Assembly: GCA_964401385.1 (NCBI GenBank)
Contig: CAYNYF010000005.1
Coordinates: forward strand, 5,810 to 69,809
Length of the DNA stretch: 64,000 bases
Direction: 5' to 3'
DNA from: an uncultured Planctomycetaceae bacterium
GTDB lineage: Bacteria > Planctomycetota > Phycisphaerae > SM23-33
Part shown: in pieces, positions 29,215 through 39,437 of the stretch
Numbering within the stretch: the stretch's first letter is position 1
Layout of the letters: the number at the start of each line of letters is the position of its first letter
Made by a program: the position numbers and the translations under genes
Notes under the pieces: model-generated
What the model saw: the letters and a program-made list of their open reading frames with translations, nothing else
The model's database searches: none
Told to the model about the DNA's origin: nothing

Positions 29215-29249
29215 TTGACAAAACGGGAGATCCGTTGTACCATACTGAC
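29215..29249 (+). promoter_or_regulatory. Sigma70-like promoter candidate (TTGACA-17 nt-TACCAT) upstream of the RCC1 PEP-CTERM gene
   Basis: ttgacaaaacgggagatccgttgtaccatact. Perfect -35 hexamer, 17-nt spacer, 4/6 match at -10. Lies in a 340-bp lower-GC intergenic region. Confidence 0.3.
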
Positions 29250-29399
29250 GCTCAAGCTCGGTAAGCGCGAAGGTTTCCACCTGACAGCACGGCCGATTTT
29301 GTTTCGGCGCAGCGGCACGTGCCGCAGGCATACCGGCTCGTTTCAGATAGCAGAAGGTGGTTGAGGTCTGGCAAGGATCTTACGGCTCGGCTCAATTCA

Positions 29400-30371
29400 A
29401 TGAAGGATTCTATCATGCGGACACTGAAGTTGGTTGGCATGGCGGTCTTGGCGGGGTGTCTCTGGGCGGGTGCGGCCTCTCAAGCGGCGGAGATCGGCAG
29501 CCTGGAGGCCTGGGGCTGGAACGCCAGCGGGCAGTGCGACGTACCGGGCGGCGACTATTTCCTGTCCGTCGTGGGCGGGAACTGGCACAGCCTTGCCCTC
29601 AGGGACGACGGATCGCTGGCGGCCTGGGGGACAAACGTCTACGGTGTCTGCCAAGTGCCGGCGGGGGACGATTTCACAGCCATCTCGGCCGGGCTGGTCC
29701 ACAACCTGGCTTTGAGGGAAGATGGGTCGGTGGAGGCATGGGGCTCCAATGAAAGCGGGCGATGTGACGTCCCGCCGGGATACGTCTTCTCGGCCATTGC
29801 CTGCGGCAATCGCCACAGCTTGGCCATCACAGACGGGGGAGCCCTGGTGGCCTGGGGGGAGGACCTCAACGGCGAATGCGACGTGCCGGCGGGCAACGAT
29901 TACGCCGCCGTCTCGGGCGGGTACCGCTACAGCCTTGCCCTCAAGGATGATAACTCACTGGTGGCCTGGGGCTGTAGCAGCACGGTCGTATCCGACGTTC
30001 CCACCGGGAACGATTACGTGGCCATCGCGGCCGGAGACGAGCACGCCCTGGCCCTGCGGGACGACGGATCGATCGCCGCCTGGGGGCGGGACACGTTCGG
30101 TCAGTGCAACGCCCCGGCCGGCAACGACTTCGTGGCCGTCGCCGCCGGCTGGTGCCACAGCCTGGCGCTCAGAAGTAATGGCACCGTGGAGGTTTGGGGC
30201 TCCTACCTCGGCACGCCGATAAAGCCTATGCCCCCGAGGGACGATTTCATCGCCATCGCCGCCGGGCACGACCACAGCCTGGGCATCGTCCCCGAGCCGG
30301 CCTGCACACTGCTGCTGGCCGTGGGCGTCTGTGCCCTGAGCCGGCGCCGGCATAGACGCGGCAAGGGTTGA
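29400..30371 (+). CDS. RCC1-repeat (beta-propeller) protein with PEP-CTERM anchor
   Basis: Repeated WG.N..GQCDVP / HSLAL units. C-terminal VPEPACTLLLAVGVCALSRRRHRRGKG. Signal peptide. Alternative start at ATG 29415 with AAGGA RBS. Confidence 0.8.
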   Translation: MKDSIMRTLKLVGMAVLAGCLWAGAASQAAEIGSLEAWGWNASGQCDVPGGDYFLSVVGGNWHSLALRDDGSLAAWGTNVYGVCQVPAGDDFTAISAGLVHNLALREDGSVEAWGSNESGRCDVPPGYVFSAIACGNRHSLAITDGGALVAWGEDLNGECDVPAGNDYAAVSGGYRYSLALKDDNSLVAWGCSSTVVSDVPTGNDYVAIAAGDEHALALRDDGSIAAWGRDTFGQCNAPAGNDFVAVAAGWCHSLALRSNGTVEVWGSYLGTPIKPMPPRDDFIAIAAGHDHSLGIVPEPACTLLLAVGVCALSRRRHRRGKG

Positions 30372-30619
30372 GCCAGCGAGCCGCGGGCTATGTCGCGGAG
30401 GCAGGGAGCCCCTTCAGATCCGTGCGGTACTTGAAAAAATGGACCGTCGTGGCATGTATCCCGGGCTTCGCGACCGCCCGGGCAGCGGCGGAGTAGCTCA
30501 ACGTGATGGGCAGGAGCGTCACTGGTTCCAGCGCAGACTCGGCACAGGCCACACCGCCCAAGTTGCCATGCACAGGACGCTGTCGGGTCAGTGTCGCGCC
30601 CCAAGGTGAGGAAAGGACA

Positions 30620-31255
30620 ATGGTAGGAAAGTATCTGCTCTCGACGGCTGTGGCCGGGCTGATCCTGCTGACACCACGCGCAGGCGCCTCGGCGACCATC
30701 AGCACGTTTGACTCCACCGATGAAGGCTGGACGATCACCGGCGACGCACAAGGTGCTTCAGTCTTGCCGACCTATCACGCGACGGGTGGAAACCCCGGCG
30801 GGTACGTCTCGGCCACCGATAATGTTCAAGGGGGCGTCTGGTACTTCAAGGCGGGCCCGCAGTTCCACGGCGACTTCTCAGCGGGTCACGGGACCGACCT
30901 GACGTTCGACCTGCGCCAAAGTGGCACGCACAGTCAGTTCGACGCGGTCGACGTCTACCTGCGGGGCGGCGGATTGGAACTGACCTACGACACGGCCAGC
31001 AATCCCGGCACTGTCTGGACCTCCTACAGCATTGAGCTGACCGAGACAGCCGGCTGGACGCTGGGCGCCGTTCCTCCTACGCAGGCCGAGATGCAGCAAG
31101 TGCTCGCCGACGTGACGGACTTGCAGATTCGTGGGGAATTCATCACGGGTAGCGACATAGGTGACCTGGACAACGTGGTGATGGTGCCCGTACCCGCTGC
31201 GCTGTCGCTGCTGGCGCTGGGCGCCCCGCTGCTGGGCCGGAAACGCCGAAGATAA
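30620..31255 (+). CDS. PEP-CTERM sorting-domain protein
   Basis: Start MVGKYLL with AGGAAAGGA RBS; signal peptide. C-terminal VPVPAALSLLALGAPLLGRKRRR. Confidence 0.7.
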   Translation: MVGKYLLSTAVAGLILLTPRAGASATISTFDSTDEGWTITGDAQGASVLPTYHATGGNPGGYVSATDNVQGGVWYFKAGPQFHGDFSAGHGTDLTFDLRQSGTHSQFDAVDVYLRGGGLELTYDTASNPGTVWTSYSIELTETAGWTLGAVPPTQAEMQQVLADVTDLQIRGEFITGSDIGDLDNVVMVPVPAALSLLALGAPLLGRKRRR

Positions 31256-31295
31256 ACCGTGCGCAGGGAGCGGCGCTTCCCTGCCGGACAATAGA

Positions 31296-31342
31296 AAGGC
31301 CGCGGACACCCTGGGAAAGGGCGCCCGCGGCCTTGGCTTTTG
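31296..31342 (+). terminator. Terminator-like hairpin (aaggccgcgg...ccgcggcctt followed by ggcttttg)
   Basis: 10-bp stem with a large loop and a short T-tract, in the convergent gap between the PEP-CTERM gene and the OMP gene. Confidence 0.35.
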
Positions 31343-31365
31343 CCGCGGTCAGGTCTTCCGGCCGA

Positions 31366-32412
31366 TCAGAACTCGTACTTGAGCTGGGCGCCCCAGACGC
31401 CGTTGCCCTCGGAGTTGGCCAGGTTGCCGAAGAACCCGCAGCCCAGCCCCAAGGTGAAGTTCGGATTGAAGGCAAAGCCCACGAATATGGCGTGCCAGTT
31501 GTTCTCGTCGCCAAGGACGTTGTTGATGCGGTCGTAGGGGTTTTCCTTCTGGCGGAACTCATAGCCCACGCCCATCCAGTCGGTGACCAGGCAGATGACG
31601 CTGCCCTCGACGGTGGTGGCGCAGCTATCGCCGAAGCCCAGATAGCCGAGCTGCGCGGCCTGGCTGTTGCGCAGGCCCGCGCTGAAGATCACCGGCCGGC
31701 CGACGATGGGCACCGTCTTGCTGGCCGTCAGGGTGTAATCGATGCCGTTGCTGCGCTTGAAGCCGACGGAGCTGAGCGCCTTGCCGCCATTGTTGTCGAT
31801 GGTGCGAATGCCGCAGGTGTACTTGAAGTGCATGCCCGCGGTGACGGCCGGGGTCGGCAGGCCGAAGCTGTTCTCCTCGATCACCATCGCCCGCAGGTTG
31901 AACACGTTCATGTACACGTCGCTGCGCTTGATGTTGAAGCCCATCTTGCTGATGGCGTCCGGCACCGTGCCCATGTCGAAGCGGCTGAGGGTGTAGCCGA
32001 CCTCGACCCGCCGCCAGAACGTCTCGGTGATGGAGATGTTCTGAGCGCTTTTCTGGGAACCGAGGTAGACGTAGGTGAACGAGACAGCCGGCCGCCCGAT
32101 GACCGTGCCTTTGGGCCCGGGGTTGGACAGGTAGGCGGTGGGCGTGATCAGGCCGCCGCCAACGCCCTCGATGTTGTGCAGGGGCCAGGGAGGAGGTTTG
32201 CCGGGCGGGGCGGCCTCTGCCTCTTCCTCTGCGGCCACGGCCGCCTGGCCCACCTGAGCCAGCCAACCCGCCGACTCGCCGCCCATGGCCAGCAGGGGCG
32301 TGGATTCAGCACTTTGGTCGAAAAGCCCCAGATCCTTCGTCCCTCCGGCCAGGGCCGGAACCGTCAGGGCAAGCATCGCCACGAAGCCCACTGCGTAACG
32401 CAGTGATGACAT
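31366..32412 (-). CDS. Outer-membrane beta-barrel (porin-like) protein
   Basis: Signal peptide (MLALTVPALA). Alternating amphipathic beta-strand pattern. C-terminal ...LKYEF aromatic terminus typical of OMPs. AAAGGAG RBS. Confidence 0.6.
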   Translation of the reverse strand: MSSLRYAVGFVAMLALTVPALAGGTKDLGLFDQSAESTPLLAMGGESAGWLAQVGQAAVAAEEEAEAAPPGKPPPWPLHNIEGVGGGLITPTAYLSNPGPKGTVIGRPAVSFTYVYLGSQKSAQNISITETFWRRVEVGYTLSRFDMGTVPDAISKMGFNIKRSDVYMNVFNLRAMVIEENSFGLPTPAVTAGMHFKYTCGIRTIDNNGGKALSSVGFKRSNGIDYTLTASKTVPIVGRPVIFSAGLRNSQAAQLGYLGFGDSCATTVEGSVICLVTDWMGVGYEFRQKENPYDRINNVLGDENNWHAIFVGFAFNPNFTLGLGCGFFGNLANSEGNGVWGAQLKYEF

Positions 32413-32691
32413 ATCAAAGACTCCTTTCTCCCATGAGGCAAACCACGTGACAAATATACCCGGCCCGCCGGCGCCGGCCGGCGTGCCCAGAACTTTTATT
32501 GAGAAGCATTTAGTTTATCGGTCAGGGGCATTCAAGAAAATTTGCCGAAAATCTGCCGCCGCTGCCGCGCTTCGCCCGACAGGGCAAGGCCGCCCGCCGG
32601 CAGTGGGCCGCCCGGGCCGGAGAATTTCGGCCTGCCCGCGGCCGCTGAATGTTGACGGCGCAGTGCCGGCCGACATAGGCTTTGCCCGGCC

Positions 32692-34962
32692 ATGGGAAAG
32701 AGCTTGGCAGAGAAAGTGATCGCCCTGCGGTGGTGGATCGTCGGGGCGTGGGCGGCCGGCGCGATCGCGCTGGGGGTCTTTGTGGTCGCCCCCGACCCGG
32801 CCGCGAACGAATTGCAGACGTTCCTGCCGGTCGAGTCGGCCTCGGTGCGGGCGGCCGGCGCCCTGGCCAAGTCCTTTCCCCGTTCGGCCGGGCTGTCGCA
32901 GGCGGCAATCGTCATCGAGCGGCGCCGGGGCGGCCCTGCCGGCAGCGGGCGGAGCGCCCGGCTGACGGAGGCCGACCTGGCCGCGCTGAACGGCTTGGCC
33001 GGGCGGCTGCGGGAGAGCCTGCCCGAGGCCTTCGCCGGCGTGCTGCCCGCCGGGTCGCTGTCGGTTCGGGCGCCGGGCGACTTTCCGGCTATTCTGGGGG
33101 CGAATCCCTTCGTCAGCGGCGACGGGGCGTCGGCGGTGGCGGCGGTGCAGATCCCGGCCACCTTCGTCACGATCCGCGCCGCCCGCGTCGTCGAGTACGT
33201 CCGCCGCGCCGTGAGCGAATCCAGCTTCCCCACCGGGCTGGACGTGGCCGTGACCGGCTCGGCCGCCTTCGGGGCCGACTACGCCGCCGCCGCCAACAAG
33301 TCACATTCCGACACCGTCTGGGTGACGGTGGTGGCGGTGCTGGTGATCCTGCTGGTGGTCTACCGGGCGCCGCTGGCGGCGGGGACGGTGCTGGCGACGA
33401 TCGCCCTGGCCGCAACCGTCGCCCACTTCGGCCTGCAAATCGCTTCCCACCTGGGCCTGCACGTGGGCACGGCCGAGAAGATCTTCGTCTTTGTGCTGGT
33501 CTTCGGCGTGGGCGTCGACTACTCGCTGCTGTACCTGAGCCGGTTCCGGGAGTCGCTGGAGGTTTCGCCCGGCGCGCGGGCGGCGGCGGCGGTGGCGCTG
33601 TCGGCGACGGCGGCGACGATCCTGGCGTCGGCGAGCACGGACATCGCCGGGCTGGCAATGCTCTCGACGGCCCGGTTCAAAATATTCCAGACGGCGGGCA
33701 TGGCCGTGCCCATCGGGCTTGCGGTGGCCCTGGCGGCGGCGTTGACGCTGGTGCCGGCGGTCGTCGCCATCTGCCGGCACAGGCTATTCTGGCCGAGCCG
33801 GCGGACGGGCTTCATCGGCTCGCGGCGGATCTGGCCGGCCGTCGCCGGGGCCGTGGCCGCCCGGCCGGGCCTCGTCCTCATCGTCACGCTGGCCGCCCTG
33901 GCCGTTCCCGCCAGCCAGGCCTTCCGGCTGGACTTCGTCTACGACGCCCTGACCGGCCTGGGCAACGAGTACGGCTCGGTCCGCGGGCGGGAGATGACCC
34001 GCCGCCACTGGCCGGTCGGGCAGACCAGCCCGACGATCGTGCTCTTGCAGGCCCACTCGCCCTCGCCCGCAAAAGAGCTGCCCGCGGCCGCCGCCAGGCT
34101 CACCGTCGCCCTGGCGAAGCTCGACGGCGTCTCCGACGTCCGCTCGCTGGCTCAGCCCCTCGGCCGGGCGGGGGCAAACCCCGCCACCGGCATGCTCCTG
34201 GGGGCGGCGGGCGAGAAGGTGCGGGCCGAGTACCTCAGCCCCGACGGCCGGGCGACCCGGCTCGACGTGGTGCTGACGCACCCCGGCTTCTCCATCGCCG
34301 CCATGGACACGCTCCAGCGAATCCAGCAGGCCTGCCGGAGCACGCTTCCGGACGGGGTGGCCGCCGACTTCTCCGGCGTCACGGCCGAGATGGCCGACAT
34401 CCGGGCCGTCACGCAGCGAGATTTCTACCGCATTGCCGCCCTGGTGCTGACCGTGGTGTTCCTGATCGTGCTGCTGCTGCTGCGGGAGCCGATCGTTTCG
34501 GCCTTCATGGTCGGCTCGATGGTGCTCAGCTATCTGGCGGCCCTGGGCACGGCCTGGTGGTTCTTCACCGGCGTGTGCGGCTCGCCCGGGCTGGACTGGA
34601 AGGTCGAGGTCTTCCTGTTCGTGGTGATGCTGGCCGTGGGCGTGGACTACAACATTTTCCTGGCGGCGCGGCTGTCGGAGGAGTCGCGCCGGGCCGGCCC
34701 GCGCGAGGCCGCCCGGACGGCCATCATCCGCACCGGCGGCATCATCAGCTCGGCCGGGCTGATCATGGCCGCCGCCCTGGGCTCGCTGATGATCTCCAGC
34801 ATATCCCTGTTCGTGCAGTTGGGCTTTGCCTTTGCGGTGGGCATGCTGCTGGAGACCTTCCTCGTCCGCCCGCTGCTGCTGCCGTCCTTCGCCATCCTCA
34901 CCGGCCGACTCGGCCACCGGCGCAAGTCGGCATCAGAATCAACGGAACCTGCGGATCGCTGA
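32692..34962 (+). CDS. MMPL-family (RND superfamily) membrane transporter
   Basis: 756 aa with two TM bundles, each followed by the conserved VDYSLLYLSRFRE / VDYNIFLAARLSEE blocks. Confidence 0.85.
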   Translation: MGKSLAEKVIALRWWIVGAWAAGAIALGVFVVAPDPAANELQTFLPVESASVRAAGALAKSFPRSAGLSQAAIVIERRRGGPAGSGRSARLTEADLAALNGLAGRLRESLPEAFAGVLPAGSLSVRAPGDFPAILGANPFVSGDGASAVAAVQIPATFVTIRAARVVEYVRRAVSESSFPTGLDVAVTGSAAFGADYAAAANKSHSDTVWVTVVAVLVILLVVYRAPLAAGTVLATIALAATVAHFGLQIASHLGLHVGTAEKIFVFVLVFGVGVDYSLLYLSRFRESLEVSPGARAAAAVALSATAATILASASTDIAGLAMLSTARFKIFQTAGMAVPIGLAVALAAALTLVPAVVAICRHRLFWPSRRTGFIGSRRIWPAVAGAVAARPGLVLIVTLAALAVPASQAFRLDFVYDALTGLGNEYGSVRGREMTRRHWPVGQTSPTIVLLQAHSPSPAKELPAAAARLTVALAKLDGVSDVRSLAQPLGRAGANPATGMLLGAAGEKVRAEYLSPDGRATRLDVVLTHPGFSIAAMDTLQRIQQACRSTLPDGVAADFSGVTAEMADIRAVTQRDFYRIAALVLTVVFLIVLLLLREPIVSAFMVGSMVLSYLAALGTAWWFFTGVCGSPGLDWKVEVFLFVVMLAVGVDYNIFLAARLSEESRRAGPREAARTAIIRTGGIISSAGLIMAAALGSLMISSISLFVQLGFAFAVGMLLETFLVRPLLLPSFAILTGRLGHRRKSASESTEPADR

Positions 34963-35112
34963 CGCCGGCTGTCGTGCCCGTCACCACTCGCCGCGATTCG
35001 CGGGCGTGTTCCTCCCAGGCGACAGCCCTTGGCAGGATCAGGAGCACCCACCCCGCCATCGGCAGGCAGATCCCGGGCGCAGCGCCAGCCATGCGTATCC
35101 GCCCGCCGCGTG

Positions 35113-35301
35113 CTATTTCTTGTGCAGGTCGGCGATCAACACCCCGCCGGCGGCGACGTTCTCCGGGGGGTTCTCCTTGATCAGCACGGTGACCTGCTTG
35201 ATCCCGTAGACCTCCACGGCCACGTCGGTAAGCCTCCTGGCCAAGTCCCGTTTCTTCTGGACGTCCTTAACGATCGGGCCTTCCACCGTAATCATCGGCA
35301 T
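35113..35301 (-). CDS. 4-oxalocrotonate tautomerase-family protein
   Basis: MPMITVEGPI... (Pro1 after Met); about 62 aa; GGGAAGGGAAG RBS. Confidence 0.7.
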   Translation of the reverse strand: MPMITVEGPIVKDVQKKRDLARRLTDVAVEVYGIKQVTVLIKENPPENVAAGGVLIADLHKK

Positions 35302-35523
35302 CGCACTTCCCTTCCCTGCAAGAGCCGGGCGGCCAGCCGACCACGGCAAGGCCAGCCGCCCTGCTGTCCGACGCGCTCATCTCCGGGCACGCACACACGC
35401 CCGCCGGGATGTCACAACGTTAGCAGGAATGCGGCACGGACAACAGCGGCGTCGCGCCGGCGCTTCCAGGTGCATTTCCCGGCGGCGTTGACGCAGGCCC
35501 CGGGCGGCGATACAGTGGCGCAA

Positions 35524-36510
35524 ATGCGATACACGCCCATAGCTTTTCTCTGCTTGTTGCTGGCCCTGGGCTGTGAGGTCCAAGAGCCGCCGACGCCCTC
35601 CGCCGCGGCGGCCGAGCCGGCAAAGCCCGGGCCGGCAGCGCCGGTCGTGCCGGGCGGTAAGGTGATGGCGACCGTCAACGGCCGGCCGATCTACATGAAG
35701 GACCTCTACCAGCCGCTGGTCGAGGCCGACGGACTGCGGATGGCTGAAATGCTCATCGCCGACGCCATCGTCGCCCAGGAGGCCGCCCGCCGAAGCGTCA
35801 GCGCCACCGACTCCGACGTCGAGGCCGAGAACCAGCACTCTCTCAAGAACATCTCCCACCTGCTCAACGAAGCCCTCGGCCCCGACCAGCGCGAGCGGCT
35901 GCTGGATCAGTTGCTCGCCAGCCGCGGGCTCACCCGGTCGCTGTGGCAGGCCACCATGAGGCGCAACGCACTGCTGCGGAAGATGGTCGCCCCGCAGGTG
36001 GTGGTCAGCGAGGCCATGCTCAAGGTCGAATACGACCGCAGATACGGGGAAAAGGTCCAGATCAGCCACGTTCAGCTTCCCACCTTCGCAGAGGCCGAGA
36101 AGATCATCGCCCTGCTGAAGGCCGGGGAGGACTTCGCCGCCCTGGCCCGGAAGCACTCCACCAACACCGACACCGCCCGCGTGGACGGGATGATCTCGCC
36201 GGCGTTCACGCAGGCCAACGCCTCCGTGCCCAAGCCCATCCGCGACGCGGCCTTCGCCCTGAGAAGGCCGGGCGAGATCAGCGGCGTCGTCCAGGTGGGC
36301 AGCGAGTTCCACGTGCTCAAGCTCCGCCAGCGGATCCCCGCCCCGCCGGCCGATTTCGGGAAGGTCAAGGAACAGCTCCGCGGGGAGCTTCGAGAGCGCC
36401 TGACCGAGCGGCTTCAGCTTCAACTGCTGCGGGACCTGCGGACCAAGGCCGACGTGGACTACATCAACCCCGCGCTGCGGACGGCGGTGAAGCGGCAATC
36501 CCGCCCCTGA
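35524..36510 (+). CDS. SurA/PrsA-like peptidyl-prolyl isomerase (parvulin domain), lipoprotein
   Basis: Lipobox LLALGC; parvulin-type domain (HVQLPTFAEAEKIIALLKAGEDFAALARKHS ... GVVQVGSEFHVLKL). Confidence 0.75.
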   Translation: MRYTPIAFLCLLLALGCEVQEPPTPSAAAAEPAKPGPAAPVVPGGKVMATVNGRPIYMKDLYQPLVEADGLRMAEMLIADAIVAQEAARRSVSATDSDVEAENQHSLKNISHLLNEALGPDQRERLLDQLLASRGLTRSLWQATMRRNALLRKMVAPQVVVSEAMLKVEYDRRYGEKVQISHVQLPTFAEAEKIIALLKAGEDFAALARKHSTNTDTARVDGMISPAFTQANASVPKPIRDAAFALRRPGEISGVVQVGSEFHVLKLRQRIPAPPADFGKVKEQLRGELRERLTERLQLQLLRDLRTKADVDYINPALRTAVKRQSRP

Positions 36511-36547
36511 GCCCGCGGCGGCCGAGAAGGACAAGGAAGGGTGGCCG

Positions 36548-37849
36548 ATGCAGCCGTGCAACGTCTTGTACATTCACTCACACGACACCGGCCGATACGT
36601 CCGGCCGTACGGCTACGCCGTGCCCACACCGAACATCCAGGCCCTCGCCCGGCAGGGGGTGCTCTTCCGCAGCGCCTTCTGCTGCGCCCCCACCTGCTCG
36701 CCCAGCCGGGCGTCGCTGCTGACCGGGCAGTACCCCCACAGTAGCGGAATGCTGGGGCTGGCCCACCGCGGATTCGCCCTGAACGACTACGGCCGGCACA
36801 TCATCCACACGCTGGGGGAGGCCGGCTACCACTCGGTGCTGAGCGGCATCCAGCACGTGGCCCGCAATTCGGCCACCGTCGGCTACGATGAGGTGCTGCC
36901 CGCTCCGGGCTACAGCGAGGAGGCCGTCGCCCGGGACGCGGTGAGATGGCTCGCCGGCTCGCCGAAAAAGCCGTTCTTCCTGTCGGTGGGCTTCGGCGCG
37001 ACCCACCGCGTTTTCCCCCCGCCGGACCCGGCCGACGAGCCGCAGTACTGCCGGCCGCCGGCGCCGCTGCCGGACACGCCCGAGACCCGCTACGACTTCG
37101 CCTGCTACCGGAGCCGCGCGCGCATGCTGGACAAGGCCGTAGGAACCGTGCTGGCGGCGCTGGAGCGGGCGGGGCTGGCCGAAAGCACGCTGGTCATCTG
37201 CACCACCGACCACGGGGTGGCCTTTCCCGGCATGAAGTGCAACCTGACCGATCACGGCATCGGCGTAATGCTCATCCTCCGCGGGCCCGGCGGCTTTTCC
37301 GGCGGGAGGGCCTGCGAGGCGATGGTCTCCCACGTCGACCTGTTCCCGACGGTCTGCGAGCTGATCGGCGTCGACCCGCCCGGCTGGCTCCAGGGACGGT
37401 CGATGATGCCGCTGATCCGCGGTGAGGTCGAGCAGATCAACGAGGAGATCTTCGCCGAGGTCACCTATCACGCGGCGTACGAGCCGATGCGGGCGGTGCG
37501 GACGCAGCGGTGGAAATACATCCGCAGGTTCTCCGAGCGGCCGACGGGCGTGATGTGCAACTGCGACAAGAGCCCCAGCAAGGACGTGTGGCTGGCCCAC
37601 GGCTGGCGGGATCGGCCGGTCGCCGGCGAAGAGTTTTTCGACCTGGTTTTCGACCCCAACGAGGCGCACAACCTCGCCGCCGACCCGGCCGCGAAGGGCG
37701 CCCTCGACGACATGCGCCGGCGGCTGGAGAAATTCATGCGGGCCACCGACGATCCGCTGCTGAAGGGCCCCGTGCCCCCGCCGCCCGGGGCACGCGTCAA
37801 CCACCCGGACTGCCTCTCGCCGGGCGAGAAGCGGTTCATCGACACCTGA
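36548..37849 (+). CDS. Sulfatase (Cys-type, C-S-P-S-R), no signal peptide
   Basis: YIHSHDTGR and CCAPTCSPSRASLLTGQYPH formylglycine motif. AAGGAAGGG RBS. N-terminus lacks a signal peptide. Confidence 0.85.
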   Translation: MQPCNVLYIHSHDTGRYVRPYGYAVPTPNIQALARQGVLFRSAFCCAPTCSPSRASLLTGQYPHSSGMLGLAHRGFALNDYGRHIIHTLGEAGYHSVLSGIQHVARNSATVGYDEVLPAPGYSEEAVARDAVRWLAGSPKKPFFLSVGFGATHRVFPPPDPADEPQYCRPPAPLPDTPETRYDFACYRSRARMLDKAVGTVLAALERAGLAESTLVICTTDHGVAFPGMKCNLTDHGIGVMLILRGPGGFSGGRACEAMVSHVDLFPTVCELIGVDPPGWLQGRSMMPLIRGEVEQINEEIFAEVTYHAAYEPMRAVRTQRWKYIRRFSERPTGVMCNCDKSPSKDVWLAHGWRDRPVAGEEFFDLVFDPNEAHNLAADPAAKGALDDMRRRLEKFMRATDDPLLKGPVPPPPGARVNHPDCLSPGEKRFIDT

Positions 37850-37876
37850 ACCGCCCTGGCGAAACGAAAGGAAGAC

Positions 37877-39367
37877 ATGGCCAAGCCACCCAACATCCTG
37901 CTGTTCTGTGCCGACCAGCTCCGGGCGGACGCCCTCGGCTGCTACGGCAACAATGTCTGCCGGACGCCCAACCTGGACGCCCTGGCCACCGCCGGCGTGC
38001 TGTTTGAGAACACCTTCACCCCCAATCCGATCTGCGTGCCGGCCCGGGCGGTCATCACCACCGGCAACTACCCCCACGTCTGCACCGGCACCAAGAACAA
38101 CTCCGGCAGGATTCGCGACGATCAGCCCAAGCTGGCCGAGCACTTCGCCCGGTGCGGCTACGAGACCTACGCCTGCGGCAAGCTGCACTATGTGCCCTAT
38201 GCCCCGCCGGGCGAGCCGCGCCTGCTGCACGGCTACCAGCACTGCGACCTGACCGAGTCCGGGCGGCTGCAATGGCTCTACAACCCGGCCGGCGGGCAGC
38301 GCGGGCTGGAAGACTACATCGACTACCTCGCCGACGTCGGCTGGGCCGGCTACAGCCGCGCCCACGGTGCCGGCAACAACGACGTCCGCCCGTGCCCGTC
38401 GCCGCTGCCGGCCGAGCATCACGTCGACCACTGGGTGGCCGACCGAGCCATCGCCCGCCTGGGCGAGCACCTGGCCAACCGCGCCGACAAGCCCTTCCTG
38501 ATCTGGTGCAGCTTCCCCAAGCCGCACTCGCCGATGGACCCGCCCATCGAATACGCCACGATGTACGACCCGCGCGAGGTACCCCCGCCCGTCGGCGGCG
38601 AGTCGACGCTGGCCGACCGCAATCCGCTGCTGGAGGCCACCCGCATCACCCACGGCATGGACACGCTCAGCCCCGCCGCGCGGCAGGTTATCAAGGCATA
38701 CTACTACGCCGTGATCAGCCATCAGGACGCCCAGGTCGGGCGGGTGATGGCGGCGCTGGCGGCGGCCGGCGCGGCCGAGGACACCATCATCATGTTCATG
38801 GCCGACCACGGCGACCTGATGGGCGACTTCGGCGTTTACTTCAAGAGCAACTTCCTGGAAGGGGCGGTGCGGGTGCCGCTGCTGGTCAAGGCCCCCGGCC
38901 GGCCCGGCGGGCAACGGCGGAGCCAACTGGTCGGGCTCCAGGACGTGCTGCCGACGCTGGCGGCCCTGACCGATTGCCCGCTCGGCCGCGAGGTCCACGG
39001 GATCGACCTGACGAACGCGCTGTCCGACGCAGACGCCGACGTCCGCGAGTTCTACTACAGCCAGTGCATGGACGACCCGCGGCAGGCGGCCATGATCTGC
39101 GACGGCCGCTGGAAATACTGCTACGCCCAGCAGGGCCCCACCGAAGAGCTGTACGACCTGGCCGAGGACCCGCACGAGCTGGTCAACCTGGCCGCCCGCG
39201 GTGACGCCGAGAAGCTGCTCGAGCCCTGGCGCGAGCGGCTGATGGCCGAGGCCCGCCGCCTGGGCGATACCGCCCTGCTCGACGGGAAGAAGCTGAAGAC
39301 CGCGCCGCTGGATCGGGCCGCCATCGGCAAGCTGCCCATCAGCGGCATGGGCTGGCGCTGGTTCTGA
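37877..39367 (+). CDS. Sulfatase (Cys-type, C-V-P-A-R), no signal peptide
   Basis: ILLFCADQLRAD and CVPARAVITTGNYPH motifs; 496 aa. Confidence 0.85.
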   Translation: MAKPPNILLFCADQLRADALGCYGNNVCRTPNLDALATAGVLFENTFTPNPICVPARAVITTGNYPHVCTGTKNNSGRIRDDQPKLAEHFARCGYETYACGKLHYVPYAPPGEPRLLHGYQHCDLTESGRLQWLYNPAGGQRGLEDYIDYLADVGWAGYSRAHGAGNNDVRPCPSPLPAEHHVDHWVADRAIARLGEHLANRADKPFLIWCSFPKPHSPMDPPIEYATMYDPREVPPPVGGESTLADRNPLLEATRITHGMDTLSPAARQVIKAYYYAVISHQDAQVGRVMAALAAAGAAEDTIIMFMADHGDLMGDFGVYFKSNFLEGAVRVPLLVKAPGRPGGQRRSQLVGLQDVLPTLAALTDCPLGREVHGIDLTNALSDADADVREFYYSQCMDDPRQAAMICDGRWKYCYAQQGPTEELYDLAEDPHELVNLAARGDAEKLLEPWRERLMAEARRLGDTALLDGKKLKTAPLDRAAIGKLPISGMGWRWF

Positions 39368-39437
39368 CCGCCCGGTCGAGCCGCCCGCCGCCGCGCCCAA
39401 GAAACCCAAGTGATTTCGGGGCGGCGCTCGCTATCAT

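Noticed and set aside
32682-35180. 832-aa alternative plus-strand frame overlapping the MMPL gene
   Set aside because: Arg/Gly/Pro-rich nonsense. The MMPL frame (32692..34962) has conserved transporter blocks.
36578-39409. 943-aa minus-strand ORF
   Set aside because: Antisense of the two sulfatase genes.
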